From the sequence record PQ415074.1: a DNA stretch of 64,000 nt; one strand, written 5' to 3'. The position numbers were made by a program, and so were the translations under genes. Source of the DNA: Pseudomonas phage Baskent_P6. The notes beneath the pieces are model-generated. The model did not search any database. It was not told where the DNA came from and saw nothing but the letters and a program-made list of their open reading frames with translations. Below, one piece after another: positions 39,518 through 48,089 of this stretch (position 1 is the first letter of the stretch; every line of letters starts with the position of its first letter).

Positions 39518-40032
39518 CCGCCCGCGAACTGGGCGTAGTCCTGGCTGCGATAGCGCTGGCTGGCCTGGTGGCCAGCACGCTGACCTATCGGCACCTGTAC
39601 CAGGACGCCACCGCCAACCTGAAGTCGCTGAGCGACCAGGTGGAGCGGCAGAACGCCGAGGCTGACGCCAAGCTGGCCGAGCTGACCGCGCAGCGCGACA
39701 TGAAACAGGCAGCGCTCAATAAGGCCGCTGCCGACCAAGAGAGGAAGGACAACGATGCTCAGGCTGAAATCGCTCGCCTTGCTGGTGAGCTGCGCGACCG
39801 CCCTGTGCGCGTGCGCATCGTCCCCGCCGCAGGTGGGGGCTGTAGTGGTGGCGCCGCAGGTGACGCAGCCGGCACCGCCGAAGCTGGTGCAGGAGACTCC
39901 GCCTCGGCCTACGGGCTACTACCGGAAGAAAATTCTCGACGCTTTAACGACTCCCTGAGCGAAGTCGAAACCCTGAGCGCGGCCTACAACTCGTGTCGCG
40001 CCCGGTTGATTCCCCAAGAGCCGACCCCGTAG
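39514..40032 (+). CDS. Rz: Rz-like i-spanin
   Basis: ATGA overlap with the endolysin; N-terminal TM LGVVLAAIALAGLVASTL; coiled-coil periplasmic domain; contains embedded Rz1. Confidence 0.7.
   Translation: MTARELGVVLAAIALAGLVASTLTYRHLYQDATANLKSLSDQVERQNAEADAKLAELTAQRDMKQAALNKAAADQERKDNDAQAEIARLAGELRDRPVRVRIVPAAGGGCSGGAAGDAAGTAEAGAGDSASAYGLLPEENSRRFNDSLSEVETLSAAYNSCRARLIPQEPTP
39755..39958 (+). CDS. Rz1: Rz1-like o-spanin (lipoprotein), embedded in the +1 frame of Rz
   Basis: Signal peptide + lipobox LLVSC; Pro-rich mature part; entirely within Rz in another frame. Confidence 0.65.
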   Translation: MLRLKSLALLVSCATALCACASSPPQVGAVVVAPQVTQPAPPKLVQETPPRPTGYYRKKILDALTTP

Positions 40033-40042
40033 GGAGGAAACC

Positions 40043-40636
40043 ATGGCCTACACCGCATATCGGGTGCTCAAGGCACCTATCGACCAGATCGAGCGCTTCA
40101 TGACCGAGGCCATCGCCGATGGCTGGCAGCCGCTCGGTGCACCTATCCTGCTTTACCCCGACGACAAGGCCGTCTACCAGGCTTTGGTCAAGGGCACGCC
40201 GGATGGTAGTGGCACCGGACCTGTCACCATCGTGGTGGAGGACATCACCGATGCTTCTGTCATCGGCAAATCTCTGCTGACGGCCGTCAACGAGGAAGAC
40301 GGGCGTGCAGCAATCGGGGCCGGCACTTCTAATCTGCAGTTGGGCATTACCGCAACCACCGCCAAAGCGGGAAACTATGCGCCTGCCTGGGGGGATGTGA
40401 CAGGGAAACCGGCTGTTATTGCGGCTGGTGCTGATGCCGCAACAGCAAGGGAGGCTATTGGCGCGGGAACATCCAGCCTTGCGATCGGTACAACCGCTAC
40501 TACCGCAGCGGCTGGCAACCACAACCATGCAATCGCCGAAGACGCTGGTAGCGGTCTGGCGGCAGCACCGGATCTGCAAACTGCATTTATAGCGCTTTCC
40601 ACCCGAATCAAGGCGCTGGAATCCGCAGCGCCATAA
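40043..40636 (+). CDS. DUF1737-like N-terminal domain + Gly/Ala/Thr repeat C-terminus protein (cargo)
   Basis: MAYTAYRVLKAP...DGWQPLG N-terminus; two copies of the motif (A)IGAGTSxLxxGxTATTAxAGN (the second ending in NHNH). Confidence 0.5.
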   Translation: MAYTAYRVLKAPIDQIERFMTEAIADGWQPLGAPILLYPDDKAVYQALVKGTPDGSGTGPVTIVVEDITDASVIGKSLLTAVNEEDGRAAIGAGTSNLQLGITATTAKAGNYAPAWGDVTGKPAVIAAGADAATAREAIGAGTSSLAIGTTATTAAAGNHNHAIAEDAGSGLAAAPDLQTAFIALSTRIKALESAAP

Positions 40637-40712
40637 GGCTGTCGTCACAGCGCTGCATGGCTGATGCTGGTACGCTTGATACGTACGGAGCTTCAACCAA
40701 AGGAAGTTGGTC

Positions 40713-41342
40713 ATGCAGCACCTCAAGGGTTTCTATCGAGCAACGGCCTCACTTGCCGTGCTCGCTTTGCTGTCTTTCCCTTCAGCCTCGGCAGCTCAGG
40801 TATACCGATGCGTCGATGCCGCTGGAAAGGTCACATTTTCGGATCAAGGTTGCGCGGGCGGTCACTCGTCCTCGGCCATTGATGTCGCCCCCGCGAACAC
40901 CCTCGACAGCTCGCAGTACCGAAGTCCGTTGCCTCAACCTGAGGTGCCATATCGCGTTGCGCCTTCGGTGCGGTCTGGCGTTCAAGTCAACGTCGTCGGG
41001 GGCGACAACGATGCAGAACGTGAGCGGAAAAGGCTTTGCAAAGAGGCCTCGACGCCCTATCCCGGATCTCGTGGAGGGCTGACCTCTGCTCAGCTTGCCG
41101 CCGCCGCGCAGTTGTGCGCGGGTGTTTCAGTTCCTATGCCTGCTACACCCGCGCCGGCCGGTGGCAGTGCAAGGCGAGCACCGACGGCACCTGGAGCACC
41201 AGGAGTCCTTACCAGTTGTGATGACAGTGGGTGCTGGGACAGCAACGGGGCTAGGTACAACCGAGGCGCTGGAAATACTCACTTCCCGGCGAATGGTGGG
41301 CCAGCGTGTGAGCTTGTTGGCGGGAACATGGTGTGCCCCTGA
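40713..41342 (+). CDS. Secreted DUF4124-like protein (cargo)
   Basis: RBS AAGGAAG; signal peptide ASLAVLALLSFPSASA; VYRCVDAAGKVTFSDQGC matches the DUF4124 core. Confidence 0.55.
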   Translation: MQHLKGFYRATASLAVLALLSFPSASAAQVYRCVDAAGKVTFSDQGCAGGHSSSAIDVAPANTLDSSQYRSPLPQPEVPYRVAPSVRSGVQVNVVGGDNDAERERKRLCKEASTPYPGSRGGLTSAQLAAAAQLCAGVSVPMPATPAPAGGSARRAPTAPGAPGVLTSCDDSGCWDSNGARYNRGAGNTHFPANGGPACELVGGNMVCP

Positions 41343-41379
41343 AGTTGTAGACTACGGCCTTTTCCTACGGAGCAGGGCG

Positions 41380-41646
41380 ATGCTGGTGATTCGATTGGCG
41401 GGGAAGTGGACGTTAAAGCTGGACCGCCAGATAGGCAGTTCCGGCAAGCACGGGATATGGGCATTCCACTGCTCTGAAAGCACTTTCGCGCCGTCTTCGA
41501 ACGACCTCCGGCGCACTGCGGCGATACTTCCAGCCGAGCCCAAAGAGGGCCAGGCAGTGGAAGTGTCGATCTGCGAAAGCCCGCACTCGCCGGATGGATG
41601 GATCGCCGTCGGCTCAGGCGTAGCAGCCTACGAAGCGGAGCGCTGA
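41380..41646 (+). CDS. Hypothetical small protein, 88 aa
   Basis: Internal ATG of ORF 41095..41646; convergent with the next gene. Confidence 0.35.
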   Translation: MLVIRLAGKWTLKLDRQIGSSGKHGIWAFHCSESTFAPSSNDLRRTAAILPAEPKEGQAVEVSICESPHSPDGWIAVGSGVAAYEAER

Positions 41647-41649
41647 AAG

Positions 41650-42162
41650 TCAGGCCCACCGCCATGGCCGGAAGTCGCTGGGGATCTGCTCGTCAAGCAG
41701 CAGCGTGCCGCCGGCGTCGAGTTCGATCACCAGGCCACGCACGACGCCGGCGCGCTCAAGCGCCTGGCCCAGGCGCAGATAGGTCATTCCATCCAGCGGA
41801 TCCCGGCTGATGCAGCCCAGGCGCTGTCGCCCAGGAGCAGGCGCATGGTAGATCCCCTCGCTATCCACCGCCCCAACGACATTGCCGGCGTCGATCACGT
41901 CGTAGCAGCAGTCGGCGCAGTAGTGCGTCTCGCGCGTTATGCCGTGCTCGATCGCCCATGAGTACATGCCAAGTGCATCCGTGACCATATCGTGGCGGTC
42001 CTGCAGGCTCACTATTCCGCACTGGTAGAGCTCGTTTGCCTCGCCCACCAGGTACAGGTACTGCTCATTCGCGGCGTACAGCCATGCTGCGTGCTGACGT
42101 ATCGCAGCGAGCCATCGTGTGACACGCTCGTGCTGGCGGCGGCGGGGGTCGGAGTAGGACAT
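41650..42162 (-). CDS. Hypothetical cargo protein (170 aa) with an upstream LexA box
   Basis: ORF with RBS GGAGAT; CTGTATGAATATACAG lies 37 nt upstream of the start codon. Confidence 0.55.
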   Translation of the reverse strand: MSYSDPRRRQHERVTRWLAAIRQHAAWLYAANEQYLYLVGEANELYQCGIVSLQDRHDMVTDALGMYSWAIEHGITRETHYCADCCYDVIDAGNVVGAVDSEGIYHAPAPGRQRLGCISRDPLDGMTYLRLGQALERAGVVRGLVIELDAGGTLLLDEQIPSDFRPWRWA

Positions 42163-42198
42163 GGGAATCTCCGGCAGTCGGGTGGGCCGGAAATTATG

Positions 42199-42214
42199 CT
42201 GTATGAATATACAG
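42199..42214. promoter_or_regulatory. LexA (SOS) box CTGTATGAATATACAG
   Basis: Matches the CTGT-N8-ACAG gamma-proteobacterial LexA consensus (CTGTATAAATATACAG); it overlaps the probable promoter of 41650..42162. Confidence 0.55.
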
Positions 42215-42322
42215 TGTATGTGACTGACCGACGAATGGATCGGTTCGGGGTCACCATGAAAACAGTCCCATGCAATAGCAGTTTCTGCGTGTTAAAGGTA
42301 GAATTTCGCAGCCAAAATGAAA

Positions 42323-42583
42323 TAGTACATTGACTAGTACATTTTCCTTTTGATAAATTCATTTTAGCTTTACAAATCAAGGTGTTAGGCGCTCGGTTGG
42401 GTTCTCTCCGTCCGCACCATACTTCTCTTTCGCTATCCTTCGCGATCCTTCGCAAGCGCAGTAACTCCGGGGCTTTCAGCCGATTAGTCTCTTCCGTTGG
42501 CTTCCGCCACAATTCGCCACCAGCCGCGTTTTTTTAGTACATTCCTTAGTACATCTGAATTTGGTTTTTCCGGGAATGTACTA
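42323..42583. promoter_or_regulatory. attP-like AT-rich region with TAGTACAT direct repeats (x4) and one inverted copy overlapping the int start
   Basis: TAGTACAT at about 42323, 42335, 42535 and 42547; ATGTACTA at 42576-42583; also ATCCTTCGC x2 at about 42432-42450. Candidate integrase arm-type sites; the core is not identified. Confidence 0.35.
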
Positions 42584-43818
42584 TGCCGCTCACGGATACT
42601 GCTGTCCGCCAGGCAAAAGCAGAAGCTAAAGACTACACCCTCGCCGACATTGACGGCCTCTCTCTCTTCGTTTCTCACAAGGGCACCAAAAGCTGGCACT
42701 TCCGCTTTTCGTTGAATGGCCAGCAGAAGCGAGTGTCGCTTGGGACGTATCCCGAGTTGAGCCTGCGTGATGCCCGGCAGCGCCGTGACGAGGCACGTTC
42801 GTTGGTGGCCCAAGGTATCGATCCGCGGGGGCAGCATCGAGCGGACCGGAAGACGGTCAGCGTCGAGGAGACGTTTCGACACGTGGCTGAACAGTGGCTG
42901 GAGTTGAAACAGGGGCGCTGGGCGGACGATAGCCGGAAAGGCAGCGCAAACCAGGCGCGCAGAGTACTGGACAATGACCTATACCCGGCCCTGGCGAACA
43001 TGAAGTTTCGCGAAATTCACCGTCGTGACCTGGCTGCGGTTGTCGGAGCCATCGAGCGCCGGGGAGCGCTGCACGTCGCGGAGAAGGCGCGGAGTTGGTT
43101 ACGCCAGATCTTCCGCGTTGGGATCGCGGCCGGATTACGAGAGGACAACCCTGCCTCGGACCTGGACATTCTGGCGAAAGAACAGCCGCCGACTGAGCAC
43201 AATCCGATTCTTGCGCATGATGGCGAAGAGCTTCCAGCCCTTCTTGTGAGACTGCGGTCTTACCAAGGGTCCGAGATCACAAGGATCGCCGTTCGTCTGA
43301 TGCTTCTGACCGCGGTACGTACGATTGAGCTTCGAAAGGCTGCGCCGGCAGACTTCGATCTAGAAAAGGGGATATGGACTGTCCCGCCCGGAAGGGTGAA
43401 GCAATTGCGCGGCAAGGTGCGCAAGGACGGGGAAGAGGTGCCTCCGTACATCGTGCCGCTGTCGCGGCAAGCGATTGAGGAGGTCAGGCGGTTGCTGCAG
43501 AAGACGGGAAAATACCCGTTCGCGTTCGCAGGTCGAAATGATCCGACGAAGATGATGAGCGAGAACACCATCAACCAGGCGATCAAGCGCCTTGGGTTCG
43601 ATGGGCTGCTGACTGGTCATGGGTTGCGAGGGACTTTCTCCACTGCGCTGCATGAAATGGGCTACGACACGACGTTGATCGAGGGCCAGCTTTCCCATGC
43701 CGATCCCAACAAGACGCGGGCGGCATACAACCATGCCGCGCACGTTGAGCGTCGAAGGGCGATGATGCAAGACTGGGCTGATTATCTTGATCGGTTGGAG
43801 CAGGCTGCCCCGGAGTGA
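42583..43818 (+). CDS. int: Tyrosine integrase (P4-like, DUF4102 N-terminal arm-binding domain)
   Basis: N-terminal MPLTDTAVRQAKAEAKDYTLADIDGLSLFVSHKGTKSWHFRF; C-terminal HGLRGTFSTALHEMGYDTTLIEGQLSHAD...AAYNHAA catalytic R-H-R-Y region. Confidence 0.9.
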   Translation: MPLTDTAVRQAKAEAKDYTLADIDGLSLFVSHKGTKSWHFRFSLNGQQKRVSLGTYPELSLRDARQRRDEARSLVAQGIDPRGQHRADRKTVSVEETFRHVAEQWLELKQGRWADDSRKGSANQARRVLDNDLYPALANMKFREIHRRDLAAVVGAIERRGALHVAEKARSWLRQIFRVGIAAGLREDNPASDLDILAKEQPPTEHNPILAHDGEELPALLVRLRSYQGSEITRIAVRLMLLTAVRTIELRKAAPADFDLEKGIWTVPPGRVKQLRGKVRKDGEEVPPYIVPLSRQAIEEVRRLLQKTGKYPFAFAGRNDPTKMMSENTINQAIKRLGFDGLLTGHGLRGTFSTALHEMGYDTTLIEGQLSHADPNKTRAAYNHAAHVERRRAMMQDWADYLDRLEQAAPE

Positions 43819-44073
43819 TCACTCCGGGGCTCCCGCTTCGTTTGCCGGCGCCGGCGGCGTCCAGGTTCCGTTGCAGTACTGGTCGATTTCAACCTCTGCC
43901 CAGCGAGTGGCGCGGCCAAACTTGCGCCCTTTGGGGAAGTCCCCTTTCTTCATATGGTCGTAGATGAACGTGGTACCCATCCCCGTTCTCAACTTGACCA
44001 TATTCAAGTCGATGAAGCGGGGGACGTCTTGGTGCTGCTGGGTGTTGCGCATAGAGATACCTCCCGGGTCCAT
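43819..44073 (-). CDS. AlpA-family DNA-binding protein (excisionase/Xis candidate)
   Basis: PRFIDLNMVKLRTGMGTTFIYDHMKKGDFPKGRKFGRATRWAEVEIDQY fits the AlpA/Vis/Torf winged-HTH pattern; alternative start at 44052. Confidence 0.65.
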   Translation of the reverse strand: MDPGGISMRNTQQHQDVPRFIDLNMVKLRTGMGTTFIYDHMKKGDFPKGRKFGRATRWAEVEIDQYCNGTWTPPAPANEAGAPE

Positions 44074-44435
44074 TGATACGGACCGGGTGAAAGTTGGGTT
44101 TCGAGGTAACGGTTAGTCAGTACCGGCCCGGCCGGAAACGGCGTTCCCGGCAGGATGCCCAGGGCGTCGGTGGCGCGTTGGACGATGTTGAGCGCCACTT
44201 GCAGCGCCGCCGCGTCGTCTTGCATTCGCATGAGCGCGGTCATCTTGGGCCGGTGCTCGGCACACACTCTGTCGCGAAGCTGACCGGCGGCGCGGCGAAC
44301 AGCGTCGGCCGTGCCGTGGTGCTGGAGCACCAGGGCCATGACCAGTACCACGTCGACGCTGTGCATTTGCATCGTTGTGGTCCGCAGGAGCCAGCGGGGA
44401 AGGGCGATGCCTGGTTTCTGCTTCATCCGAAGCAC
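44004..44435 (-). CDS. Hypothetical protein (possible real N-terminal 100 aa; 3' end overlaps alpA)
   Basis: The ORF's N-terminal two thirds have balanced composition and the tail is S/T/P-rich; low confidence. Confidence 0.3.
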   Translation of the reverse strand: MLRMKQKPGIALPRWLLRTTTMQMHSVDVVLVMALVLQHHGTADAVRRAAGQLRDRVCAEHRPKMTALMRMQDDAAALQVALNIVQRATDALGILPGTPFPAGPVLTNRYLETQLSPGPYQWTREVSLCATPSSTKTSPASST

Positions 44436-44545
44436 CCCGTCTGCCAGGCCGCCAGCGTGCGGAGGATCGGGAATATCTCCACCAGCCCTACCACGGCCAG
44501 GGCGAGGGCAGCGATGATGCCGAGGGCGGTCAGCGCTCTACGCAT
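44423..44545 (-). CDS. 40-aa membrane peptide (MRRALTALGIIAALALAVVGLVEIFPILRTLAAWQTGCFG)
   Basis: RBS AGGGAGGG 9 nt upstream of ATG; single TM; overlaps the stop of the upstream gene. Confidence 0.3.
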   Translation of the reverse strand: MRRALTALGIIAALALAVVGLVEIFPILRTLAAWQTGCFG

Positions 44546-46532
44546 CGCTTGGCCCTCCCTGACTCGCCGCTGCCCGGTCAAGGCGCTCGATCTCAGCCAG
44601 CGCCAGGGCACAGGCCTTGACCATATCGCGTCGAGCAGTGCTCGGCTTCCACCACTGTTCATCCCACGGCCATGCCAGCGACACCAGCAGGGCGGCGGTT
44701 CCATCGTTCGGAGCGCTGGAGCCGGCCAGGGCGTAGCAGGCGGCGGCGCGGGCCATCTGGCCGTGGCTGTGCGCATCGTCATGCTCCGGCGTCCAGCCCT
44801 CGACCTCGACCTGCCGCTTCCGCTCTGCCTGCACGTCGAGCCATGCTTGCGGCACTTCCTTGCCGGGCGCGGCGGCGAGAGATCGCAGGCCATCATGGAT
44901 GGCTCGCAGGTCGTCGTCGGTCGGCTCTGTGCGCAGGTACAGAACTACGGAGCGCGGATAGGCGAAGTCTCGTCCGATCCCTGACACCTCCGGCACGCAG
45001 TGCTGAGCCTGGGCGGGCGGGGCGGTGATGTTCGCCTCCGCGACCAACTCGTAACGGCCCCCACACTCCGGGCACGCCGCGACCATGCAGTTCTCGCGTC
45101 CGCATCTTGGGCACTTGTCCTCGTCCGGTTCCGGTCCAGTCCAGCGGCAATCGTGGCAAGCGGCGTATTCGGCGGAATCGTTGATGCCGATGTGCCGGCA
45201 GTTCACGCACTGGCGAGCCTCGGCATAGCCCGCGCTGTGCTGAGCCTGGGCTACAGGGGTTGTGTAGAGCGGAGCGAAGCAATCATCGTCTGGCATGGCA
45301 TACGCATAGCTGCTTGCGGCGGCATCAGCGTTCCCGGCACGATGCTCGGCGAACCGGTCAAGTGCTTTGCGCGTCATCCATGCCGCAGGCTCCTGCTTCT
45401 CCAGTTCGGCCAGCTTCGCCTCCAGCTCCGCGACCCTGGCCTGGGCGGCGGCGCGCTCTTGCTCTGCCGTTGCGCAGGCCGTTGCTACTTCGTGCAGGCG
45501 GGAGTTGGCGGCGTCGCGTTCGGAGCGCAGCCGCTCGTAGGAGTAGCCGCCCTCGAAAGCTCGGATGATTGCGCGTAGACGCCCGACCTCGGCCATAGCT
45601 GCGTCGTAGCGGTCTCGCACTTCTTCGTAGTCGCGGGCCTCCGCAGAGGAGGGTTGCGCCAGGGCGGCGCGGGCTTGCCACGCGGCCCAGCAGCGTTGCG
45701 TCAAGGGGTCATCGTAGACGAACTGACCGAAGCAGGCGGCTTCGAGATAGCGCTCGTCGGCGAAGGTTTCGCCATCCAACTGAGGCGGGAGGTCAAAGGT
45801 GTGCATCCACGCCTCGAACTCCTCGCGCTCATCCCCGCCTGCCTGCTCTACCAATGCAGGCGAGTCACGAAGCGGTGTGCCGGCCAGGCCCTTGGCGGCC
45901 AGGTAGTTGGTGGCGCGCGCCACCAGGTTGCTTTCCGGGGCATGCCGCTTCAGGGAACTGGCCAGCATGCGAACCAGCATTGCTAGTTCCTGGGTGCGTT
46001 GTCCCTCGGCGCGGCCGATGTCGTAGAACGGACGAAGCCAGTGATCCGCCGCCGGCGGCTGGCTGGCCTGGGCGCCGAAGGCCAGCGCGCCGGTGATGGC
46101 GTCTGCGATGACCTGGCGCTGGTCGATTGCCGACTGGGCAGGCATGTCATTGCCGTGCGCATTGCAAATCGCCGCCATGTTGCGTAGAGACTCCAGCAAC
46201 TCTTCCTTGTCAGGGTTTATTCCGGTGTCATGGCCGATGGCTTCCCATGCTTCCAGTACCGTGATCACCTCCGACCGGAAACCGGAGTACCAGAGTTTCA
46301 CGGCATCTTCCTTGGCGAGCGGGTAGCTGAGGCCTGCGGCGATCAACTGGTCTTCGGACGGCGGCGCCTGGTCATTGATGAGGGCCAGCAGGCTCTCGGC
46401 TGAGGAGTGAACGTCGTCGAGGTCCGTTGACCAGCGCTGCGGGCTGGTCTCGTGGATGTTGTCCAGGGCTTCGACGATGCCGCGCAGGCGGATGGTGCAC
46501 TGCTCGATCAGTTGGTGTTGGGTAGAGGACAT
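44538..46532 (-). CDS. Large hypothetical protein (664 aa) with coiled coil and tandem Zn-ribbon-like CxxC pairs
   Basis: Start at MSSTQHQ with RBS GGAGA; ARVAELEAKLAELEKQ coiled coil; CVNCRH...CHDCRW...CPRCGRENCMVAACPECGG. Confidence 0.55.
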   Translation of the reverse strand: MSSTQHQLIEQCTIRLRGIVEALDNIHETSPQRWSTDLDDVHSSAESLLALINDQAPPSEDQLIAAGLSYPLAKEDAVKLWYSGFRSEVITVLEAWEAIGHDTGINPDKEELLESLRNMAAICNAHGNDMPAQSAIDQRQVIADAITGALAFGAQASQPPAADHWLRPFYDIGRAEGQRTQELAMLVRMLASSLKRHAPESNLVARATNYLAAKGLAGTPLRDSPALVEQAGGDEREEFEAWMHTFDLPPQLDGETFADERYLEAACFGQFVYDDPLTQRCWAAWQARAALAQPSSAEARDYEEVRDRYDAAMAEVGRLRAIIRAFEGGYSYERLRSERDAANSRLHEVATACATAEQERAAAQARVAELEAKLAELEKQEPAAWMTRKALDRFAEHRAGNADAAASSYAYAMPDDDCFAPLYTTPVAQAQHSAGYAEARQCVNCRHIGINDSAEYAACHDCRWTGPEPDEDKCPRCGRENCMVAACPECGGRYELVAEANITAPPAQAQHCVPEVSGIGRDFAYPRSVVLYLRTEPTDDDLRAIHDGLRSLAAAPGKEVPQAWLDVQAERKRQVEVEGWTPEHDDAHSHGQMARAAACYALAGSSAPNDGTAALLVSLAWPWDEQWWKPSTARRDMVKACALALAEIERLDRAAASQGGPSDA

Positions 46533-46629
46533 GGTGGTGTCTCCGGTTGCTCCGGCGCCGGCGGCCGGCAGCGGAAGCATTTGCACAGGCCTATCCGTTG
46601 GCCCGTGGTGCGGCAGATGGTGGGGCGGT

Positions 46630-47136
46630 TCATTTCGTGGCGTCTTGCTTCATGGCTTTGGCGTGGCCGACGCAGGTGCGGACCGGGCTGCCCTGGTCGT
46701 CTAGGTCGGCGTGGCAGTAGAACCGGCTGAGTTCCTGCCGGCAGTAGATGGCATCGGAGGTGGTGACCGGCGAGGTGTTCGCCGGGGTGCCGAGACGATA
46801 GGCACAGCCGGCGCACGTGCCGCGTGGGTCCACAGTGGCGGCCAGGACAACACCTTGCAGCGCTCCGAACATCGTCGGCAGGTTCGCCTGCTCCGCGGTG
46901 TGCGGGTGTTCGCCACGCTCGATGAGGATCAACTCGACCATCGCTCGGCAGTTCTCGGCGATGGCGTTGGCCATGCCCAGCACCTGGGCGAACAGGTCGA
47001 GCATGGCGGCCAGGTTGCGCTGGGCGGCCATTTTCTCCAGCACCTGGCGGCGCAGGTCCGCCGGCAGAAGAACGGCACCGGCCAGTTCGTGCGCGTCGGC
47101 GGCACTGATCTGGTAGTCGACAGGGGGCTCAGCCAT
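46630..47136 (-). CDS. Hypothetical protein, 168 aa
   Basis: ORF; early-left operon. Confidence 0.5.
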   Translation of the reverse strand: MAEPPVDYQISAADAHELAGAVLLPADLRRQVLEKMAAQRNLAAMLDLFAQVLGMANAIAENCRAMVELILIERGEHPHTAEQANLPTMFGALQGVVLAATVDPRGTCAGCAYRLGTPANTSPVTTSDAIYCRQELSRFYCHADLDDQGSPVRTCVGHAKAMKQDATK

Positions 47137-47323
47137 AGTTCCTCCTGGGGGTTATTCGTAGGGACCGGCCATGGTTGAGCTGTCGGAACTCGGTGCAGAT
47201 GACGATCACGTCGGGACCGTCACGGCGGTGGACCGGCATCGTGCTGAAGTCGAAGCTCGAACAGTCGTCCAGGCGTCGCTCGCAGGCGCGGCAGCGCCCG
47301 CCCTTGGGGTAGAAGTTGGGCAT
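47129..47323 (-). CDS. Small Cys-containing hypothetical protein (about 64 aa)
   Basis: Internal ATG (MPNFYPKGGRCRACERRLDDC); overlaps its neighbours by 8 nt. Confidence 0.3.
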   Translation of the reverse strand: MPNFYPKGGRCRACERRLDDCSSFDFSTMPVHRRDGPDVIVICTEFRQLNHGRSLRITPRRNYG

Positions 47324-47330
47324 GGTTGGC

Positions 47331-48089
47331 TCAGGTGAAGAGGGTGGGCTGGGCGCTCTTGTCCAGCGACTGCTGGATCTTGGTGAAGGCCTCGGGGTGC
47401 TGCTGGTCGAACGCTGGCATGCGGGGCGACTCAACCCAGGTGCCGCGCTCGGCGCCCTTGTCGAGCCAGGATCGTGTCCAGTTCGTCGCGCTGACGCCGC
47501 ATTCGGCGATCTGCTTCGTGGTGATGAAGCCCTGGCGGCGTAGCGTGGCGATCACCTTCAGCGCGCCTTCCTTCCATTGGGTGAGCCGCAGCGGAGCCGG
47601 AACGCCGGCGGGCACGTCGGGGACCACGATCGGGACATGGCAGCGTTCCGCGGGGTTCCAGTCGAAGATGTTGGGCTCGTTGAAGTGCTTGACCCAATGG
47701 GATAGGCCGAAGTCGGGCCCTTCGACGTAACCCCCGTTGCGTCGCACGTAGCCACGGTGCGGCGCAAGAACCGCTACGCCGCACATTTCAAGCAGGCGCG
47801 CGATTCTGTGGCTGGCCTCGGTGATCCGCCCGACAATGACCAGGCGGTGATCTGGCCCGGGCGCCCCGTACCGGTCCTGCCAGTACTGCGGCAGGATCTG
47901 GTCGGCCACCTTGGCGTTCAACTGCAGCTTGGCCTCGACGCCGATCTGCCGGCCATCCTCATGGACCACCAGGATGTCGAACCCTGCAGTCTCCGGGTAG
48001 CAGGTCCAGCCAGGGACTCGGTTGAACTCGTCGATGAACGCCGCGCAGAGTTCGGCCTCGCTCTGCACCAGCGGGGCCTGGCTCTTCAT
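47331..48089 (-). CDS. Putative PD-(D/E)XK-fold nuclease, 252 aa
   Basis: Start MKSQAPL with RBS GGAGA; E...FDILVV...GVEAKLQ resembles a D-(x)n-E-x-K nuclease core. Confidence 0.4.
   Translation of the reverse strand: MKSQAPLVQSEAELCAAFIDEFNRVPGWTCYPETAGFDILVVHEDGRQIGVEAKLQLNAKVADQILPQYWQDRYGAPGPDHRLVIVGRITEASHRIARLLEMCGVAVLAPHRGYVRRNGGYVEGPDFGLSHWVKHFNEPNIFDWNPAERCHVPIVVPDVPAGVPAPLRLTQWKEGALKVIATLRRQGFITTKQIAECGVSATNWTRSWLDKGAERGTWVESPRMPAFDQQHPEAFTKIQQSLDKSAQPTLFT

Noticed and set aside
42387-42418. Possible tRNA 3'-end-like attP core (…CTCTCCGTCCGCACCA)
   Set aside because: Ends in CACCA but no recognisable T-arm (no GTTCGAATC-like loop) and cannot be aligned to a tRNA or tmRNA by eye; left as unassigned.
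44094-44984. 296-aa plus-strand ORF after alpA
   Set aside because: Arg/Gly/His-rich junk composition typical of antisense reading in high-GC DNA; overlaps well-supported minus-strand genes.
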